Assembly: GCA_019704295.1 (NCBI GenBank)
Contig: AP024596.1
Location: 32,001-96,000, forward strand
DNA: 64,000 bases
From: Sulfolobales archaeon HS-7
GTDB taxonomy: Archaea > Thermoproteota > Thermoprotei_A > Sulfolobales > Sulfolobaceae
Reading direction: 5' to 3'
Both the position numbers and the translations under genes were made by a program. Shown piece after piece: positions 61,881 to 64,000 of this stretch; position 1 is the first letter of the stretch; every line of letters starts with the position of its first letter. The notes under the pieces were generated by a model. The model saw only the letters and a program-made list of their open reading frames with translations. It did not search any database and was not told the origin of the DNA.

Positions 61881-62543
61881 TTATGATTTCAGAGTTGCAT
61901 AAAGAACTTCTACGCTTACAGTCCCTTCCTCAAGGTTATCTAGAATGTCGTCTGTAAAGAGTATAATATCCTTAAATTGAAGAAGGCTCACCACGTCTAT
62001 CTCCGACTCTATTTCGTAAAGTTTGAGGAGGAGGGTGTCCTTGATCTCGTCTCCATTTCTCTCTAACATCTGTATTTCCCGACCTAATTTTATTGCCCTC
62101 CTTATATCGTGATTAAGGCTATTTACTACATCAACCATTTTTGACGTAGCTTCAGACACTATTACTAAGTAAGCCTCCATTTGATCACCCATTGATTGAA
62201 GGCATTTTTCTGAAACTCTTCTAGTTACGTAAGCCCTAGCTGTGTCCTTTATCGCCTTTGATGTGTAGTAGAGCGACTGCGTAAGCATGACCATGGACTC
62301 CTTGAAATCTGGAAGAAACGCCTCTCCGAAAAGCAAAGACATAACGTCCTCTCTCTCCATCGCAACCCGTTCGTAGGCAGATCTTATCCTCACGGAGTTA
62401 CCTATCGAGTCGTTTTTGTCTCCATTTCTAACTCCCATATAGAGACTTCTGAGAGAACTACTCATTTCCTTTAATGAGACCGAAATAGCTAATAGCCTCT
62501 TGAAGATCTCGTCCTCTCTAGTTATTTTAAATATCCTTACCAC
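61881..62543 (-). CDS. DUF47 / PhoU-like protein
   Basis: Helical protein with AFLPD and LERNGDEIK motifs. Confidence 0.85.
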   Translation of the reverse strand: MVRIFKITREDEIFKRLLAISVSLKEMSSSLRSLYMGVRNGDKNDSIGNSVRIRSAYERVAMEREDVMSLLFGEAFLPDFKESMVMLTQSLYYTSKAIKDTARAYVTRRVSEKCLQSMGDQMEAYLVIVSEATSKMVDVVNSLNHDIRRAIKLGREIQMLERNGDEIKDTLLLKLYEIESEIDVVSLLQFKDIILFTDDILDNLEEGTVSVEVLYATLKS

Positions 62544-62922
62544 GGAAATAACTATTTTCTCCTTAATATAAAAACCTCAAGATTGGGGAGGTTCTTACAA
62601 TTTTGTTCCATTTAAGTAAGATTGTATGTTTTTAAAATATCTTATACTGAGATAATTAACCCTCCGTCCTGATAGGAGTAAACGGGTGGTAACTCCTAGT
62701 GATGGAACCCCACACTTAAGCACGAGCTTTGCCCAGAGTTCTAGGAGATTTAGGAATACCTGACGTAAAGCAATTAGGGGTTTTCAATTCCAATCAGGTT
62801 ACCATAATAACGCCTAACGCAATTAGCGCGAAACGAAGGAAAGTTATATGTTAAGTTGAGGACATTTGAGGGCAATGCAAAGTAGTATTCAACTCTTAGA
62901 ATAGTGAACTCAAACGCGGATT

Positions 62923-63714
62923 TCAAGAATCCATCTTTACGGTATTTCTAAGGGTACCTATTCTAGAAATTTCTACCTCCACCACATCTCCATCCTTTAG
63001 GTATTTCTCTCCTGTAAATTTACCTACCCCTGACGGAGTCCCGCTGGTTATTACGTCGCCAGGAAGAAGGGTTATTACCTTCGTTAAGTCGGAGATCATC
63101 CTCTCGAAAGAGAATATCATGTCTTCAGTAGTTCCACTTTGCCGTACCTCCCCATTTACCCTGGTTTCTATCTTCAAAGGAAAGCTTATCTCATCCTTAG
63201 TTACTAGTACTGGTCCCAGTGGAAGAGCTGAATCAGCTCCTTTTCCTAAAACCCAATCTTTTCCTAGACCCTCTACGGAGTCAAACTGAAACTCCCTAAT
63301 GCTAATGTCGTTGGCTATCGTGTATCCGTAAATGCACTGAGCTGCTTCATCAACAGATACGTACTTACACTTCCTTCCTATTACCACAGCTAGTTCCCCC
63401 TCGTAGTCTAACGTCGTAACCCCCCTAGGTATAATTATACTTTCCTCATGACCTATTAACGAATTGTGAAACTTCGTGAAGAAGTACGGTTTCTTTGGAG
63501 TCTTGACGGACGTTTCCGCTGAATGAGATCTGAAGTTCACCGCAGGCAGGTAGATTTTAGATGGTGATACTGGAGGAAGGAATTTGATAGGGTTTACGAT
63601 CCTTCCAGTTGTCGTAATACCCTCGGAAAACGAGAAGGATATTTCCTCGTATTTCTCTCCTTTAACTAATACGTAGGTTTCTTGTTCCTTGGTAAAAATT
63701 CGGGCTATCCTCAT
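62923..63714 (-). CDS. Fumarylacetoacetate hydrolase family protein
   Basis: DYEGELAVVIG, NDIS and GDVITSGTPSGVG motifs. Confidence 0.95.
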   Translation of the reverse strand: MRIARIFTKEQETYVLVKGEKYEEISFSFSEGITTTGRIVNPIKFLPPVSPSKIYLPAVNFRSHSAETSVKTPKKPYFFTKFHNSLIGHEESIIIPRGVTTLDYEGELAVVIGRKCKYVSVDEAAQCIYGYTIANDISIREFQFDSVEGLGKDWVLGKGADSALPLGPVLVTKDEISFPLKIETRVNGEVRQSGTTEDMIFSFERMISDLTKVITLLPGDVITSGTPSGVGKFTGEKYLKDGDVVEVEISRIGTLRNTVKMDS

Positions 63715-63794
63715 ATGTTAAAGATGTTTTAAGGAGATTTATTTTCTCCATTATATTTAGTCAGACCCTGAGAGTCAAGGGAGATCTTTCATGT

Positions 63795-63960
63795 GGCACT
63801 GCATAACACGCCTAACTATGTGGTACACTAGGAATCATATTTTAGAAGGCACTAGATGCTTCGCCTCTAACACGACAGTGGGAACATTAAGTCCAGAACG
63901 ATGCCTACATTAACAGCGTAGTGAATCGCTATCTCCATTCCTAGTGTTATGTGTTTTCCC
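63795..63960 (+). mobile_element. Putative ~165-bp MITE with imperfect inverted termini
   Basis: CACTAGGAAT (63826-35) pairs with ATTCCTAGTG (63937-46), and CATAACAC pairs with GTGTTATG; left end shared with 33377. Confidence 0.55.
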
Positions 63961-64000
63961 CGCGGAAGGTTTATCATATACAAAGTAAGAACCTTGGTTT

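Noticed and set aside
62779-62805. GTTTTCAATTCC as a CRISPR repeat end
   Set aside because: Single partial match, no array and no cas genes

Overview
Chromosomal window from a thermoacidophilic crenarchaeon of the order Sulfolobales. The assignment rests on Rpo13, a crenarchaeal PCNA, PolB2, the classical mevalonate enzymes PMK and MVD, and acryloyl-CoA reductase. About 55 mostly metabolic or housekeeping genes are separated by intergenic regions full of decayed insertion-sequence ends. No rRNA, tRNA or CRISPR array was seen. Main points of interest: (i) At 0.15-2.5 kb lies a relic of a pNOB8-type conjugative plasmid, with three copies of the TAAACTGGGGAGTTTA motif, an amber-interrupted gene, a PqqD/RRE-like protein and two ORFs sharing an N-terminal PVNYNH motif. 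(ii) Several transposase-free RNA-guide-type IS ends are present: an IS110-like structured end, TnpB omega-RNA-like ends, and an SMN1-like MITE directly upstream of a topoisomerase gene. (iii) Three loci look like bacterial-type acquisitions: a full-length editing-competent ThrRS, a TopB-type topoisomerase III, and a Type III R-M pair whose Res nuclease motif appears degenerate. (iv) There is a PolB2 damage-tolerance cassette and an lhr / membrane HerA-like ATPase / rpo13 / PCNA cluster. (v) Several genes are frameshifted or lack a normal start. All family assignments come from motif reading and recall, without any database search.
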